Positions 47,860 to 58,770 are shown, numbered from the stretch's first letter. The stretch: 64,000 nucleotides of DNA from an uncultured Candidatus Saccharibacteria bacterium (GCA_964372635.1 CAYJQW010000003.1:2145-66144); one strand, 5' to 3'. Notes: generated by a model from the letters alone, not told the origin. Numbers and translations are program-made.

Positions 47860-48528
47860 TTAGCGCTTATATAGATCAATAATACTCATGATCGAACTCT
47901 GAACTTCGTCCACAGACGATAAGCCATCTATTTCATGGACCATATTATGCTGCTGGTAACTATTGATGACAGGAAAGGTGTGCTTCATAAATTGATCCCA
48001 GCGAGTCGACATTTTATTCTGATCATCATCAGGGCGTCGACCAATCGTTCCGCCTTGAGCTTTGCATCGTTCCCTATCTTCATTTGTCACCACTGGAAAG
48101 TCACCGGTAATACCGAGACAGTAGTTTCGTTTACTGTTACGTTCGATCATCTCCTGCCTGTCAACTTTCAGATATATAACCAATGGCTGGCCTAAACCTT
48201 GCTCAGAAAAGTATTCATCAACAATCGCAGCCTCAGCCACAGTTCGTGGCGTACCATCAAAAATTACTCCTCGGCCAGATTGCAGATGCTGCGCCACAGC
48301 TTGAATGACAATTTCCGCCGCCATATCAGGGGGCGCTAAGAAACCATTATCGATTGTGGCTTTAACCCTTTGCCCAAGGGCTGTCTTCTGACGTGATACT
48401 TCACGAAAAGCATCACCGGTACTGAACTGGATGTAGGATAATTTTCCGGCCAGCAGTTTAGCTTGTGTCCCTTTACCAGCTCCGGGGGGACCCATAATAT
48501 AAATTACTTTTGGCAGTGCCGGTGTCAT
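47860..48528 (-). CDS. adk: Adenylate kinase (with a Cys-containing LID region).
   Basis: IYIMGPPGAGKGTQAKLLA… P-loop; 222 aa. Confidence 0.9.
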   Translation of the reverse strand: MTPALPKVIYIMGPPGAGKGTQAKLLAGKLSYIQFSTGDAFREVSRQKTALGQRVKATIDNGFLAPPDMAAEIVIQAVAQHLQSGRGVIFDGTPRTVAEAAIVDEYFSEQGLGQPLVIYLKVDRQEMIERNSKRNYCLGITGDFPVVTNEDRERCKAQGGTIGRRPDDDQNKMSTRWDQFMKHTFPVINSYQQHNMVHEIDGLSSVDEVQSSIMSIIDLYKR

Positions 48529-48615
48529 AGCAATTTTAAAGAACTGTCATGGAAGACAATATATAGGCTACTAGACATGGCCTTGTTATGATCGGATCGT
48601 TACCTTGCTTTCTCG

Positions 48616-49923
48616 CTAGTGAGAAAGACCTTCATATTGCCGCATGGTCAATTGCGACTCAATCTGCTTCATTGTTTCCAAGACAACCGAAACCACAATT
48701 AAGAGTGCTGTGCCGCCAATGGTCAACGTAGTTAATCCTGTTGCTGCCTGAAGTAACAACGGCAAGACCGCAATAAGACCTAAGAAAATAGCTCCAGCTA
48801 AGGTGATACGGTTGACAACAAATTTGAGAAAGTTTGTTGTTTGTTTACCCGGACGAATACCAGGTATAAAACCGCCTTGCTTTTGAACGTTTTCTGAAAT
48901 ATTTTTTGGATCAAACGTTATTGACGTGTAAAAATAAGTGAAGGCCAAGACCAGCGTAAAATAAGAAATACCGTAGAATAATTGATCTTGAATTAAGTTA
49001 ACAATCTTTTGAGCGGCTGACGCTATAACTTGGTTATTGACCCCAACAAAGAATTGGGCGATAACGCCAGGAAAAAGCATAATCGATAGGGCAAAGATGA
49101 TTGGAATTACACCAGCTTGATTTACGCGCAATGGCAAGTGTGTTGAAGTACCCCCATACATACGATTACCACGGACTCGCTTGGCATAACTGACCGGAAT
49201 ATTGCGCTGCCCTTCAGTAATAAACACTACGCCAGCAATGACGATTAAAGCTACAACGATAAATCCGATGTAGCTGACCAATAAGTCCGAAGTGAACGTC
49301 GCATAAAGTTGGCTGGTAACTTGCGGTATTCTGGTAATGATACCGACGAAAATTATTAAAGATATGCCATTACCTATCCCCTGCTCAGAAATTAATTCGC
49401 CAAGCCACATTAAAAAGACTGTCCCGGACGTTACGGCTACAAGAGTGACGACCCACTGCCAGGATGTAAAAGTGACAGTCACTCCAGCTAAACCACCAGG
49501 ACTTAAAGTGCCTCTTTGTAAAAGATTCAAAAAACCAAACGCCTGCATAGCCCCAAGTGGTACTGTTAGGATTCTGGTCCATTGATTAATTTTCCGGCGG
49601 CCGGCTTCACCCTCCTCTTTTTGTAACTCTTCAAGCCGAGGGACAACCATCGTTAATAATTGCATAACAATGGAAGCAGTAATATATGGACCAACGCCAA
49701 GCATAACAATTGATAAATTAGATAGGCCGCCACCTGAGAAAATATCAAGCAAACCAAAAAGCTGGTTTCCTGAAAAAAGACTTTGTAAGCTTTCTCTGGG
49801 AATACCCGGGACCGGTATAACAGCCGCTAGGCGAAAAACAAGAAGTAGGCCAGCGACAACTAAAAACTTCTTGCGCAATTCAGGAATTCTCCAGGCAGCT
49901 AATAATTGTTTTGGTTCAAACAT
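48616..49923 (-). CDS. secY: Preprotein translocase subunit SecY.
   Basis: 435 aa, 10 TM helices, with conserved SecY motifs (…GISLIIFVGI…; …GGFIPGIRPG…). Confidence 0.95.
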   Translation of the reverse strand: MFEPKQLLAAWRIPELRKKFLVVAGLLLVFRLAAVIPVPGIPRESLQSLFSGNQLFGLLDIFSGGGLSNLSIVMLGVGPYITASIVMQLLTMVVPRLEELQKEEGEAGRRKINQWTRILTVPLGAMQAFGFLNLLQRGTLSPGGLAGVTVTFTSWQWVVTLVAVTSGTVFLMWLGELISEQGIGNGISLIIFVGIITRIPQVTSQLYATFTSDLLVSYIGFIVVALIVIAGVVFITEGQRNIPVSYAKRVRGNRMYGGTSTHLPLRVNQAGVIPIIFALSIMLFPGVIAQFFVGVNNQVIASAAQKIVNLIQDQLFYGISYFTLVLAFTYFYTSITFDPKNISENVQKQGGFIPGIRPGKQTTNFLKFVVNRITLAGAIFLGLIAVLPLLLQAATGLTTLTIGGTALLIVVSVVLETMKQIESQLTMRQYEGLSH

Positions 49924-49973
49924 CTCTAGGCTTACTAAATGAAGAAATAATAGAATCTACCCGATGACTAATA

Positions 49974-50429
49974 TTATTTTTTACTCTTCTGGCTGATAAT
50001 CTCTACTTTGCCCCCAACTGATTCTATTTGTTCCCGAGCACTTGGTGTCACGGCGTGAACTCTAACTGTAAGTGATGTAGATAATGATCCCCCGCCAATG
50101 ATTTTAATGATTGCACTTCTCCGTGTCACTTGCCCGTGTTTTCGAAGCATGCCAGGACCAACTATCGAACCAGCCTTAAAGTGCCTTAAATGCTTTAGGC
50201 TTATCACGACCGGTCTATCAACTTGCGTACTGAAACGACGTTTCCTACCGCGCTCTTTAGGTAATCGCCTATATAGAGGTGTTTGCCCTCCTTCAAACCC
50301 TTTACGAATACGCGACCCTGCTCTAGACTTTTGCCCTTTCATCCCACGTCCGGATTTGGCCCCACGACTACCAATACCACGTCCAAGACGTTTCTTACGA
50401 CGAACAATTTTGGGTAATTTATGCAACAT
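49974..50429 (-). CDS. rplO: Ribosomal protein L15.
   Basis: …RKKRLGRGIGSRGAKSGRGMKGQKSR… It lies directly downstream of rpsE with a 2-nt gap, so there is no L30 gene. Confidence 0.9.
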   Translation of the reverse strand: MLHKLPKIVRRKKRLGRGIGSRGAKSGRGMKGQKSRAGSRIRKGFEGGQTPLYRRLPKERGRKRRFSTQVDRPVVISLKHLRHFKAGSIVGPGMLRKHGQVTRRSAIIKIIGGGSLSTSLTVRVHAVTPSAREQIESVGGKVEIISQKSKK

Positions 50430-50431
50430 AT

Positions 50432-50968
50432 TTATAGTTCCGCAGAGAGGATAACTTTAGGTTTTTCGGCCAACCCCTTCGATGCCATTTGCAAAGCCTT
50501 AAGAGTAGCCACTGCATTACTTATTTTATTTGACGAACCAAATCTTTTTGATACGAGATCTGAAATTCCGGCTAGATTCGCAACCATCCGAACAGTTCCG
50601 CCAGCAATCAGGCCAGTACCGCGACGAGTTGGCTTAAGCATGACAACTGCTCCTTTATATTTGGCAATAACTGGAAAAGAGATGGTGCCATCGTGCAGTT
50701 CGACTCTGATGGTGTTTTTTTCAGCTTGCTTTTGCGCTTTCTGAATGGCATGCTGCACATCTTTGCTTTTGCCAATGCCAAAACCAACAGTACCGTGACG
50801 ATCGCCAACGATAACGCTGGCACGGAAACGAAATCTCCGACCACCCTTAACAACACGGACTACGCGAGATACCTCAAGCACTTCATGATCATACGATGAC
50901 ACGTTTGCATTTCCGGTATTAGTAGTGTGTCTTCGTCCTCTATCAAATCGTTTTTGTTCTGCTAACAT
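50432..50968 (-). CDS. rpsE: Ribosomal protein S5.
   Basis: …RVVRVVKGGRRFRFRASVIVGDRHGTVGFGIGKSKDV… conserved S5 motifs. Confidence 0.9.
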   Translation of the reverse strand: MLAEQKRFDRGRRHTTNTGNANVSSYDHEVLEVSRVVRVVKGGRRFRFRASVIVGDRHGTVGFGIGKSKDVQHAIQKAQKQAEKNTIRVELHDGTISFPVIAKYKGAVVMLKPTRRGTGLIAGGTVRMVANLAGISDLVSKRFGSSNKISNAVATLKALQMASKGLAEKPKVILSAEL

Positions 50969-50977
50969 ACTAAAAAA

Positions 50978-51310
50978 TTAAAATTTCAATCCGCCTGAGC
51001 GCAAACCCTCAGCCACGGCCTTAACGCGACCATGGTACTTATACCCTGAGCGATCAAAAACAACATTTTTTATCCCTTTGGCTAGGGCTAGGGCAGCCAG
51101 TTCTTTGCCAGCTTGAGATGCTTGAGATGTCTTTGTTTGTTGCTGGCTTCCTTCATGGATTGCGGCCATGGTTGTACCGGTGGCGTCATTAATCAACTGC
51201 ACGATAATACGTCTGGTCGAGCGGTAAATGCTGACACGCGGACGCTTAGCCGTACCATTGAGACGACTGCGACTTCTAATGTGACGACGATGACGCGAGG
51301 CTGGATTCAT
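50978..51310 (-). CDS. rplR: Ribosomal protein L18.
   Basis: 110 aa; …[20 protein letters not shown]… pattern typical of L18. Confidence 0.85.
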   Translation of the reverse strand: MNPASRHRRHIRSRSRLNGTAKRPRVSIYRSTRRIIVQLINDATGTTMAAIHEGSQQQTKTSQASQAGKELAALALAKGIKNVVFDRSGYKYHGRVKAVAEGLRSGGLKF

Positions 51311-51341
51311 ATAGTTTATGAGAACGAAAAAATACTAATAA

Positions 51342-51887
51342 TTATTCGGTTGTCGCCCCGACAACCTTACCAACTTTATGGCGAACATGCTCACCAACAT
51401 AACGAACACCTTTGCCCTTATAAGGCTCAGGAGGTCGGCAAGCTCTAATATTTGCGGCGATTTGTCCAACTAGGACTTTATCAGTCCCAGTTACTGTTAT
51501 GATCTCTTTAGCAACTTCGAAGGTAATTCCTTCTGGAGCAACTATTTCCACTGGATGTGAAAAACCAAGAGTCATCTCAAGATTTTTCCCCTTAAGTACT
51601 GCTCTATACCCAATTCCCTGAAGTTCCAATTGTTTCTGAAATCCCTTGGTCACACCGGTCACTAAGTTGGCGATACGAGCTCGTGTTGTACCCCAGAGAG
51701 CAGATGATTTTTTCGTAGTTTTTGTAGGTTGACAAACAATCTGTTTCCCTTCAGCTGATATCTCAATCCCTTTGGGAACTGTAAATCGTAATTCACCTCT
51801 CGGTCCCTTCACTGACACAACGGAATTATCGACGTTAATAATGACGTCTGCTGGGATGATAACGGGCTTTTTTCCAATTCTTGACAT
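51342..51887 (-). CDS. rplF: Ribosomal protein L6.
   Basis: MSRIGKKPVIIPADV…VKGPRGEL… pattern of L6; 181 aa. Confidence 0.9.
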   Translation of the reverse strand: MSRIGKKPVIIPADVIINVDNSVVSVKGPRGELRFTVPKGIEISAEGKQIVCQPTKTTKKSSALWGTTRARIANLVTGVTKGFQKQLELQGIGYRAVLKGKNLEMTLGFSHPVEIVAPEGITFEVAKEIITVTGTDKVLVGQIAANIRACRPPEPYKGKGVRYVGEHVRHKVGKVVGATTE

Positions 51888-52043
51888 AGTAAGAAAGTTT
51901 AGATTGAAATAGACAAATAGTAAAGATTAGGCTCAACAGACAAAAAGGTCTTGTCTGTTGTCCAGCTTATCGAATTAAACAAATTATTGTCTGGCATGAC
52001 TATTGCTAATGAATTATTGTGTCTAATTAACATGGAAAATAAA

Positions 52044-52430
52044 TTACCAAATTTCACAAATTAGCTCACCACCAACGCCCAGTTGCCTAGCCTTTTTATC
52101 ATCCATCAGTCCCTGCGGCGTTGATATGATGACAGTGCCAAGTCCATTAAACGGATATGGTATTTGCCGGCTTGAAGCGTAGCGACGCTGTCCGGGACTA
52201 CTTAGTCGCTTAACACCATTAATAGCGGCGCCGCCCGAATCATCATAAGTCAAAGTTAAGATTAGTTTAGCCCGCTGTCCTTCCTGAACTCTGACAGCTG
52301 CCAGCCGTCCGTGTTCACGAAGGGTATGAGCCAAACTTTCTTTGAACTGTGAATAAGGCACGGCAACTCTTTGTTTGCCGACTGCCTGAGCATTCACAAT
52401 TGTGATGAGCATGTTTGCAATGGTATCCAT
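52044..52430 (-). CDS. rpsH: Ribosomal protein S8.
   Basis: MDTIANMLITIVNAQ… typical S8 start; 128 aa. Confidence 0.9.
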   Translation of the reverse strand: MDTIANMLITIVNAQAVGKQRVAVPYSQFKESLAHTLREHGRLAAVRVQEGQRAKLILTLTYDDSGGAAINGVKRLSSPGQRRYASSRQIPYPFNGLGTVIISTPQGLMDDKKARQLGVGGELICEIW

Positions 52431-52582
52431 AGTGGCCTAATAAATAATGGCTAAGCTACCAATTAACACCCAAAGATTACTCACGAAAAAGTGACTTGGT
52501 TTACAAGAACAATAACTCAAATGGCACCGATTTGCTTTATTAGTTAGTAAGTTAGACATATCCATTGAATTAACAGTAAAGA

Positions 52583-52768
52583 CTACCAGGAAGATTTACG
52601 AACTCCAGGAATGAATCCTTTTTCAGCATTTTCACGAAAACAGATCCGACACAGACCAAAGTCGCGCATAAAACCACGTTTGCGACCACACATAGTACAG
52701 CGTCTTACTACTCGCGTCCGATATTTCGGTTTCTTTCTACTCTTAGCTTTTTGAGCTTCTGTTGCCAT
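52583..52768 (-). CDS. rpsZ: Ribosomal protein S14 type Z (zinc-binding).
   Basis: 61 aa with [23 protein letters not shown] (a C4 zinc site). Confidence 0.9.
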   Translation of the reverse strand: MATEAQKAKSRKKPKYRTRVVRRCTMCGRKRGFMRDFGLCRICFRENAEKGFIPGVRKSSW

Positions 52769-52782
52769 AATAATATTACCTT

Positions 52783-53388
52783 CTAGGATCTAACCTTATA
52801 TTTCTTAGATTTATGTTTGACTTTACCTTGGGCAACGTCAAAGGCATCGTCGACACCTTTATCCGTTGTTAGTGGAAACCCAAGTGAACGAAACAAGATT
52901 TCACCTTCAGTATTAGTCTCGGCGGTAGTTGAGAAAGTTACCTGGATGCCAAAAACAACATCTGTAGCCTCGGGATGAATTTCTGGAAATGCCAAGTGTT
53001 CCCTTAAGCCAACACTGAGATTGCCATGACCATCAAGACTACCTACTTTAATTCCTCGAAAATCTCGTACCCGGGGAAGCGTCACGTGTACAAAACGCTG
53101 AATAAAATTCTCCATGCGTTTGCCCCGCAACGTAACACGATATCCAACTAAATTACCTTCTCTCACTTTAAAACCAGCGACTGCCTTGCGAGCATGGCGT
53201 TCATGTGGTGCCTGGCCGCTAAGAAGGGCAATATCCCTCTGCACTGCTTCAATATATGGCTTACTGTCACGATTCTTGCCAACTCCAACATTCAACACAA
53301 CATGGGTAATGCGCGGAGTAGCATGATCGTTTTTGATACCTAATTTCTCTTTAACCACGCCGTATTCTTTTGTAAAAATAGAAGCCAT
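52783..53388 (-). CDS. rplE: Ribosomal protein L5.
   Basis: Conserved L5 motifs (…NVGVGKN…; …GFPLTTDKG…); start at MASIF. Confidence 0.9.
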   Translation of the reverse strand: MASIFTKEYGVVKEKLGIKNDHATPRITHVVLNVGVGKNRDSKPYIEAVQRDIALLSGQAPHERHARKAVAGFKVREGNLVGYRVTLRGKRMENFIQRFVHVTLPRVRDFRGIKVGSLDGHGNLSVGLREHLAFPEIHPEATDVVFGIQVTFSTTAETNTEGEILFRSLGFPLTTDKGVDDAFDVAQGKVKHKSKKYKVRS

Positions 53389-53389
53389 A

Positions 53390-53716
53390 TTATTTCTTTG
53401 CCAGGTTATCAGCAATTACCTCTTCACATTTTTTACACACACGCTGGCGAATATCGCCCGCGAAGACGATGCCGACTCGTGTCCCCTTTTTACAAGATGG
53501 ACAGACTAGCTGAACATTAGAAATAGGAAGTGGCGCCGCCAGACTAACTCTTTGGCCTTTTTCACCAGCGCGCCTGGGACGAATGTGCTTATGTACCATA
53601 TTAATCCCCTCTACCAGAACACGATCCTTGGCTGGTAGCGTAGCTGCGACTTTGCCTTTTTTCCCTCGGTCCTTACCTAGTAATACTCGCACTGTGTCTC
53701 CACGATGAATTCTCAT
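53390..53716 (-). CDS. rplX: Ribosomal protein L24 with a C-terminal C4 zinc-ribbon-like insertion.
   Basis: KOW motif (RIHRGDTVRVLLGKDRGKKGKV) followed by …CPSCKKGTRVG…RVCKKCEEV…; the ORF could start up to 53752. Confidence 0.85.
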   Translation of the reverse strand: MRIHRGDTVRVLLGKDRGKKGKVAATLPAKDRVLVEGINMVHKHIRPRRAGEKGQRVSLAAPLPISNVQLVCPSCKKGTRVGIVFAGDIRQRVCKKCEEVIADNLAKK

Positions 53717-53745
53717 TTTACGATTATTCTTTTGTGTATTATTTT

Positions 53746-54117
53746 TTACCATACCTCAGGCGCTAAAGAGATTATCTTTTGAAAGCCTTTATTTCTCACT
53801 TCACGTGCTATCGGACCAAAAACCCGTGTGCCCAGAGGATCCTTTGTTCCTTTTTGGATAAGCACAACAGCATTATCATCAAAGCGAATAGCAGAACCAT
53901 CTGGCCTTTTTTGTTCCTTACGAGACCTAACCAAAACTGCACGAACAACATCACTTTTCTTCACGACACTTCTTGGTTCAGCCACTTTAACAGTCCCCAC
54001 GATCTCGTCACCAAGGTACGCATATCGCCGTCCGGTATTCCCGAGAACACGAATAACCTGCACTTTTTTCGCACCGGTGTTGTCGGCTACAGTCAACATT
54101 GTTCGCTCTAAAATCAT
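53746..54117 (-). CDS. rplN: Ribosomal protein L14.
   Basis: [26 protein letters not shown]…; 123 aa. Confidence 0.9.
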   Translation of the reverse strand: MILERTMLTVADNTGAKKVQVIRVLGNTGRRYAYLGDEIVGTVKVAEPRSVVKKSDVVRAVLVRSRKEQKRPDGSAIRFDDNAVVLIQKGTKDPLGTRVFGPIAREVRNKGFQKIISLAPEVW

Positions 54118-54401
54118 ATTTTCTGTTTCCCCCCTTCAGTTTCTAAAACAACTACCCATCGTTTACGCTTCGACCGTGGCCGTGATTCGCGAATCTTAAC
54201 CGTTACTCCAGCTAAAACACTATTCGCTGGATCATGAACCAAGTATGTCTTGGATCGTTTTCTTCGTTTGTTATACATCGGATGCACCGAAATTCTTTCA
54301 ACAACAACCGCAATCGTTTTATCTCCAGAGCGCTTCGAAACTCGCCCCACAAAAGTACGACCTTTTTTAGATTTATTTATATTGTGCGCTGAGTTAGTCA
54401 T
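54114..54401 (-). CDS. rpsQ: Ribosomal protein S17.
   Basis: …[43 protein letters not shown]…; 95 aa. Confidence 0.9.
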   Translation of the reverse strand: MTNSAHNINKSKKGRTFVGRVSKRSGDKTIAVVVERISVHPMYNKRRKRSKTYLVHDPANSVLAGVTVKIRESRPRSKRKRWVVVLETEGGKQKI

Positions 54402-54434
54402 AAATACTTACAATGCTCATTATTATAAGAAACG

Positions 54435-54674
54435 TCAAGCTTTGCTTGGCGTTACTTCCTTAGCCGTGTCCACTGGCTCCTCTTTAGAATGTTGCTGTTC
54501 AGCCAAAATTGTTTTAACGCGCGCAATATCGGAACGTAAACGTTTTAAGGCAGAGTTATTCTTTTCCTTTCCATTCCTAATTGTCTCACGCATTGTTACG
54601 TATTCAGTCTGCAACGAGATCACGCGCTGACTTAATTCAGTCGTACCGAGCATGCGCAATTCATGTGTTTTCAT
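54435..54674 (-). CDS. rpmC: Ribosomal protein L29.
   Basis: 79 aa helical protein, MKTHELRMLGTTELSQRV…; position between L16 and S17. Confidence 0.8.
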   Translation of the reverse strand: MKTHELRMLGTTELSQRVISLQTEYVTMRETIRNGKEKNNSALKRLRSDIARVKTILAEQQHSKEEPVDTAKEVTPSKA

Positions 54675-54679
54675 AATAA

Positions 54680-55090
54680 TCAGATATCGCGTTTAATAAA
54701 TTTCGTTCGAATGGGAAGCTTGTGCCCCGCCAAACGAAGCGCTTCGCGGGCAGTTGCTTCATCAATACCTCCCATTTCAAAAATGATTCGTCCTCGACGA
54801 AGAGGCATTACGAAATGGTCAACCGCTCCCTTGCCTTTACCCATCGGCACTTCTTGCCCCTTGCGGGTAATAGGCTTAGCTGGAAAAACTCTAATCCAAA
54901 TTTTTCCGGAGCGTTGCACGAAACGTGTCATAGCGCGACGCGAGGCTTCAATTTGACGTGCTGTTAGCCATCTGTTTTCTAATGCTTTAAGACCGTATTG
55001 ACCAAAGCTCAGTTCTTTAGCGCCTGCTGAAACACCTTTAACAGTGCCTTTTTGGTGCTTGCGATGTTTAACTTTACGAGGTGTTAACAT
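54680..55090 (-). CDS. rplP: Ribosomal protein L16.
   Basis: MLTPRKVKHRKHQKG…; 136 aa. Confidence 0.9.
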   Translation of the reverse strand: MLTPRKVKHRKHQKGTVKGVSAGAKELSFGQYGLKALENRWLTARQIEASRRAMTRFVQRSGKIWIRVFPAKPITRKGQEVPMGKGKGAVDHFVMPLRRGRIIFEMGGIDEATAREALRLAGHKLPIRTKFIKRDI

Positions 55091-55096
55091 AATGCA

Positions 55097-55864
55097 TTAA
55101 TTCTTTTTTGTCTTAACTTTAAACTTTTTTTTCGTTTCATTGGCTTTATCAGCCAATGATGATTGACGCCGTCTCTTAGCTGATGCTGTGGCCTCACGTT
55201 GTTCACCAGGTTGATCCTCTTGCTCTACTTTCAGTTCACCGCTATTAATCCAAACTTTGACACCGATCGTGCCGAAGGTAGTGAACGCTGTACGTCTTGT
55301 GTATGACACATTTGCTCTGAATGTATGCAAAGGAACGTTGCCTTCTGCCAGCCATTCACGCCGCGCAATATCAGCGCCATTCAAACGACCGGCCACGGCG
55401 ATTCGCACGCCGACGGCACCAGCTTGCATAGCCCGAGAGACAGATTGTTTCAATATTCGACGATACGGCATACGCCTTTCTAGCTGATCGACAATTTGTG
55501 TGGCGATGGCATGTGCATCAATATCTGGGTTTCTAACCTCTTGAACGTTGATACGCACTTTTGTTTCACGACCGACAATCCGACTTAAATCCTTTTGTAT
55601 TTTCTCTATACCAGAACCACCCCGGCCGATGACTACTGCTGGTCTTGACGTATGAACAGTTAAAATGGTTTCTTTTTGATCACGAGCAATTTCAATCCGG
55701 GAAATAGAGGCCGTACGCAATTTGTCATCAAAGTAAGCTCTAATATGCAAGTCTGAAGCTAGTGCTTTACGAAATTGAACCCTACGATCAGAAAACCATG
55801 TTGGGTCCCAGGTTCGTAGGATCGCGCTTATTCTTAATATAGTTGGATTAGTTTTTCTGCCCAT
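55097..55864 (-). CDS. rpsC: Ribosomal protein S3 (with a Lys/Arg-rich C-terminal extension).
   Basis: MGRKTNPTILRI… KH domain; 255 aa with tail …AKRRRQSSLADKANETKKKFKVKTKKN. Confidence 0.9.
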   Translation of the reverse strand: MGRKTNPTILRISAILRTWDPTWFSDRRVQFRKALASDLHIRAYFDDKLRTASISRIEIARDQKETILTVHTSRPAVVIGRGGSGIEKIQKDLSRIVGRETKVRINVQEVRNPDIDAHAIATQIVDQLERRMPYRRILKQSVSRAMQAGAVGVRIAVAGRLNGADIARREWLAEGNVPLHTFRANVSYTRRTAFTTFGTIGVKVWINSGELKVEQEDQPGEQREATASAKRRRQSSLADKANETKKKFKVKTKKN

Positions 55865-55868
55865 AGAG

Positions 55869-56438
55869 TTAGCCTCCGAGTGATTTACGTCGGTGACCCT
55901 TTACTTGGTCACCGCTGTGCTGCGAAGGTTTCATTTTTTTGTAAGAATCTTCTAGGGCACTGGCTGGCTTAATTGTCAAACTATTAGTGGTTTTTGCTTT
56001 TTTCGCAGTATCGTCTGTATTATCCGGTTTGGGATCACGACGCTGTGCCTCTGTTATATCAATTGTTTCAATTTCTAATTTTTTTCTCGTGGCAATTTCT
56101 TTACTAGTACCATCAGCAACCACAACCGTAACGTGGCTATTACGTTTAATAAGCGGATGAGCCATTCCTCGGGAAACCGGATCAAATCTTTTCAGGGTAA
56201 AAGCTCCATTAATAATAAGGTCGGAAACGGTTAATTTATCGGCTGGGATATCATGATTATGAGCAGCGTTTGCCACAGCACTTTGTAATACTTTCAAAAC
56301 TATATCTGAAGCTTTACCTGATAAGAATCGAAGTTGGGCTTGAGCATCAGAAACCGGTAGACCAATAATAGCCTGACGAATCCGGCGCAATTTACGCGGT
56401 GCCATACTGGCATTTTTATGTTGAGCAAATACTTTCAT
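55869..56438 (-). CDS. rplV: Ribosomal protein L22 (with a C-terminal extension of about 70 aa).
   Basis: N-terminal 115 aa match L22 (…ASMAPRKLRRIRQAIIGLPVSDAQ…); the extension is Lys/Asp-rich. Confidence 0.85.
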   Translation of the reverse strand: MKVFAQHKNASMAPRKLRRIRQAIIGLPVSDAQAQLRFLSGKASDIVLKVLQSAVANAAHNHDIPADKLTVSDLIINGAFTLKRFDPVSRGMAHPLIKRNSHVTVVVADGTSKEIATRKKLEIETIDITEAQRRDPKPDNTDDTAKKAKTTNSLTIKPASALEDSYKKMKPSQHSGDQVKGHRRKSLGG

Positions 56439-56450
56439 AAAGTTATATAT

Positions 56451-56771
56451 TTATTCAGTTGCCGTTTTAGGAATAGCCGCCTTGGCTGCTACCGCTGCCT
56501 CAGCTTCCTTCTGGATTCGACCACCATGCTTGTAAAACTTTCGGGTTGGCGAAAACTCACCAAGTTTGTGCCCAACCATATCTTCTGAAACAAGTACTTC
56601 AATATGCTCCCGACCATTATGGACACCGAAACGAAAACCAATCATTTCTGGATAGATAGTTGAATCCCGTGACCACGTTTTAATCACCGTACGGTCATTT
56701 GGTCTCAAGGCTTTGACCTTTTTCAATAATTTTGGATCAATAAATGGTCCTTTTTTGAGTGATCTTGTCAT
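56451..56771 (-). CDS. rpsS: Ribosomal protein S19.
   Basis: [19 protein letters not shown]…[18 protein letters not shown]…. Confidence 0.9.
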   Translation of the reverse strand: MTRSLKKGPFIDPKLLKKVKALRPNDRTVIKTWSRDSTIYPEMIGFRFGVHNGREHIEVLVSEDMVGHKLGEFSPTRKFYKHGGRIQKEAEAAVAAKAAIPKTATE

Positions 56772-56777
56772 AACTAT

Positions 56778-57620
56778 TTATGAGCGTTTTTTCTTAATTC
56801 GTCTCGCAAGTATTAAGTGGTCTGAATACTTACCACGTGTGCGTGTCTTAACACCTAAGGCTGGGCGCCCCCAGATAGTTTTAGGATGTTTTAGACCAAT
56901 GGGGGATCCGCCCTCGCCACCACCATGGGGGTGGTCAACAGGGTTCATAGCCTTACCACGTACTTGTGGTCTCCGGCCAAGACGACGCGATCTGCCAGCA
57001 GAACCGATGCGCTGAAGATTATGGTCAGGGTTACTCACAGCGCCAAGAGTGGCAAAAGATTCAGCTGACACTAGACGTATTTCTCCTGAAGACATTTTTA
57101 ACTGTGCATTTTCTCCAATAACGTCCATAAGAACTGCAAAATTGCCAGCGGCGCGTAATAACTGCCCTCCTCTTCCCGGCTTAAGTTCAACATTGTGTAC
57201 TTGCGAACCGGGAGTCATGGCTACTAGAGGCATACGGTTGCCATTTTTTTCTCGGGCTTTTAGGTCGGTGACAACTTTATCTCCTACCCTAGCGCCATCC
57301 CAAGCCAGACGATAACGCCTTTCGCCATCAGCATGCTTGAGAAGTACTATGAAAGCACTGCGATTAGGATCAAATTCAATTCTCTCGACAGTGGCTGGGA
57401 CTTTCATTTTTTCTTGACCGAAATCAATCAAACGGTAGTTTCGCTTGGCTCCACCACCACGATGTCGGATCGTAATTTTTCCTTCACTACCACGTCCGGA
57501 TATTCGCCGTTTAGATCGTCGCAATGAATCTTGAGACTTACCACTATATAAGTCTCGTCTATCCACGATTGACATATTTTTACGGGCTGCGCGTGTTGAT
57601 TTGTAAATTTTAATAGGCAT
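56778..57620 (-). CDS. rplB: Ribosomal protein L2.
   Basis: MPIKIYKSTRA… and …HPHGGGEGGSPIG… motif; 280 aa. Confidence 0.95.
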   Translation of the reverse strand: MPIKIYKSTRAARKNMSIVDRRDLYSGKSQDSLRRSKRRISGRGSEGKITIRHRGGGAKRNYRLIDFGQEKMKVPATVERIEFDPNRSAFIVLLKHADGERRYRLAWDGARVGDKVVTDLKAREKNGNRMPLVAMTPGSQVHNVELKPGRGGQLLRAAGNFAVLMDVIGENAQLKMSSGEIRLVSAESFATLGAVSNPDHNLQRIGSAGRSRRLGRRPQVRGKAMNPVDHPHGGGEGGSPIGLKHPKTIWGRPALGVKTRTRGKYSDHLILARRIKKKRS

Positions 57621-57635
57621 ATTTTTATAATGAGA

Positions 57636-58046
57636 TCAAACGGAAACGTCCAGGCTCTTACCGAGTGGCAAGGTAATATATGCTCTTTTCCAAGTCCGGG
57701 TAAACCCTTGGGTCCTACCACGTTGGCGATGCTTGCCACTTCGTTGAGCTGTTCTAACACGTAACGGTCTAATATGGTACTTAGTCTCAAATGCGGAAAA
57801 TATCTGTCCTTTAGTAATTTTAGGATTAACTCGAAATGTATAAGTATTGCTTGCCATCTGCATAGCTACACCCTTTTCAGTTAAAGAAGGTATGAGCTGA
57901 ACCATGATACTACTTTCAGCCACTCTCTTAACTGTGACGACTTTTGACAAAGACTTGGTCTTAATTGCCTTTTTTACCGGCTTGACAATCGTAGCTTTCT
58001 TTCTGTTCCGACCTAATATTTTTTTGGCAAATGATAAAATGCTCAT
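57636..58046 (-). CDS. rplW: Ribosomal protein L23 (with an N-terminal Lys-rich extension of about 45 aa).
   Basis: The core …LIPSLTEKGVAMQMASNTYTFRVNPKITKGQIFSAFETKYHIRP… aligns with uL23; the N-terminal KK-rich segment is an extension. Confidence 0.8.
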   Translation of the reverse strand: MSILSFAKKILGRNRKKATIVKPVKKAIKTKSLSKVVTVKRVAESSIMVQLIPSLTEKGVAMQMASNTYTFRVNPKITKGQIFSAFETKYHIRPLRVRTAQRSGKHRQRGRTQGFTRTWKRAYITLPLGKSLDVSV

Positions 58047-58052
58047 AACTTT

Positions 58053-58763
58053 TTAGTTAGCGGCGTCGTTAGGAATATTCAATGCACCGGAATCTATATA
58101 TAATCGCCCAAGATTTTCAAGAATTGATTCCTGGAGCCAAACTTCCTGGGCCCACATTATGTCCTTTATATGCAAAGAATTAAAGCGAATTAGGTGTACA
58201 CGCGATAAATTTTGAGACGCCTTTTGTAAACTTAGACTCGTGGTGTCGTCTACAATAATTAAAAGCCCTTTGGCGCTGACTGGTAATCTTTTAGCGAAAT
58301 CTTTAGTTTTTGCAGGCAAGTCCTTATTAAATTTAACTACTGAAAGTGTACCGTTGATCGCGTGTTTAGCTAGAGCACCTTGTAAAGCGCGCTTGCGCAT
58401 GTTTTTTGGTAAAGGAAGAATACGTTTTTTGTGGCTACGTGGCCCAAAAGTTATTCCGCCGCCTACCCAAAGCGGTGAGCGTCGTGAGCCGTGTCGAGAT
58501 CGACCTGTGCCTTTTTGTTTCCATGGCTTGCGACCACCGCCACGAACTTCAGCACGATCCTTAGTATGAGCTCTTAAGATTCGAGTCCTCTTGTCATAAG
58601 TATGTACAGCCTGTGCCAGTAAGACAGGAGAAACAGAGATTTCGAGAAAGGCCGGCATATCAATTGTGCTTTTTTTAGGGTCACCAAACGTCAACAGTGG
58701 CAAAACATTTTTTTTGCTTGGTGTTTTCTTAATAATACTTTTTTTAATAGTTGTTGATTTCAT
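58053..58763 (-). CDS. rplD: Ribosomal protein L4.
   Basis: …[21 protein letters not shown]… motif. Start assigned at MKSTTIKK (approximate; the ORF extends to 58865 and overlaps rplC). Confidence 0.85.
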   Translation of the reverse strand: MKSTTIKKSIIKKTPSKKNVLPLLTFGDPKKSTIDMPAFLEISVSPVLLAQAVHTYDKRTRILRAHTKDRAEVRGGGRKPWKQKGTGRSRHGSRRSPLWVGGGITFGPRSHKKRILPLPKNMRKRALQGALAKHAINGTLSVVKFNKDLPAKTKDFAKRLPVSAKGLLIIVDDTTSLSLQKASQNLSRVHLIRFNSLHIKDIMWAQEVWLQESILENLGRLYIDSGALNIPNDAAN

Positions 58764-58770
58764 AAAATAA

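Noticed and set aside
53779-54630. Several plus-strand ORFs of 100-126 aa antisense to rplN, rpsQ and rpmC, and similar antisense ORFs across the ribosomal operon, murJ, eno/pgk and the heptose genes.
   Set aside because: They are antisense to highly conserved coding sequence, lack an RBS and have low-complexity translations. They are treated as shadow ORFs.
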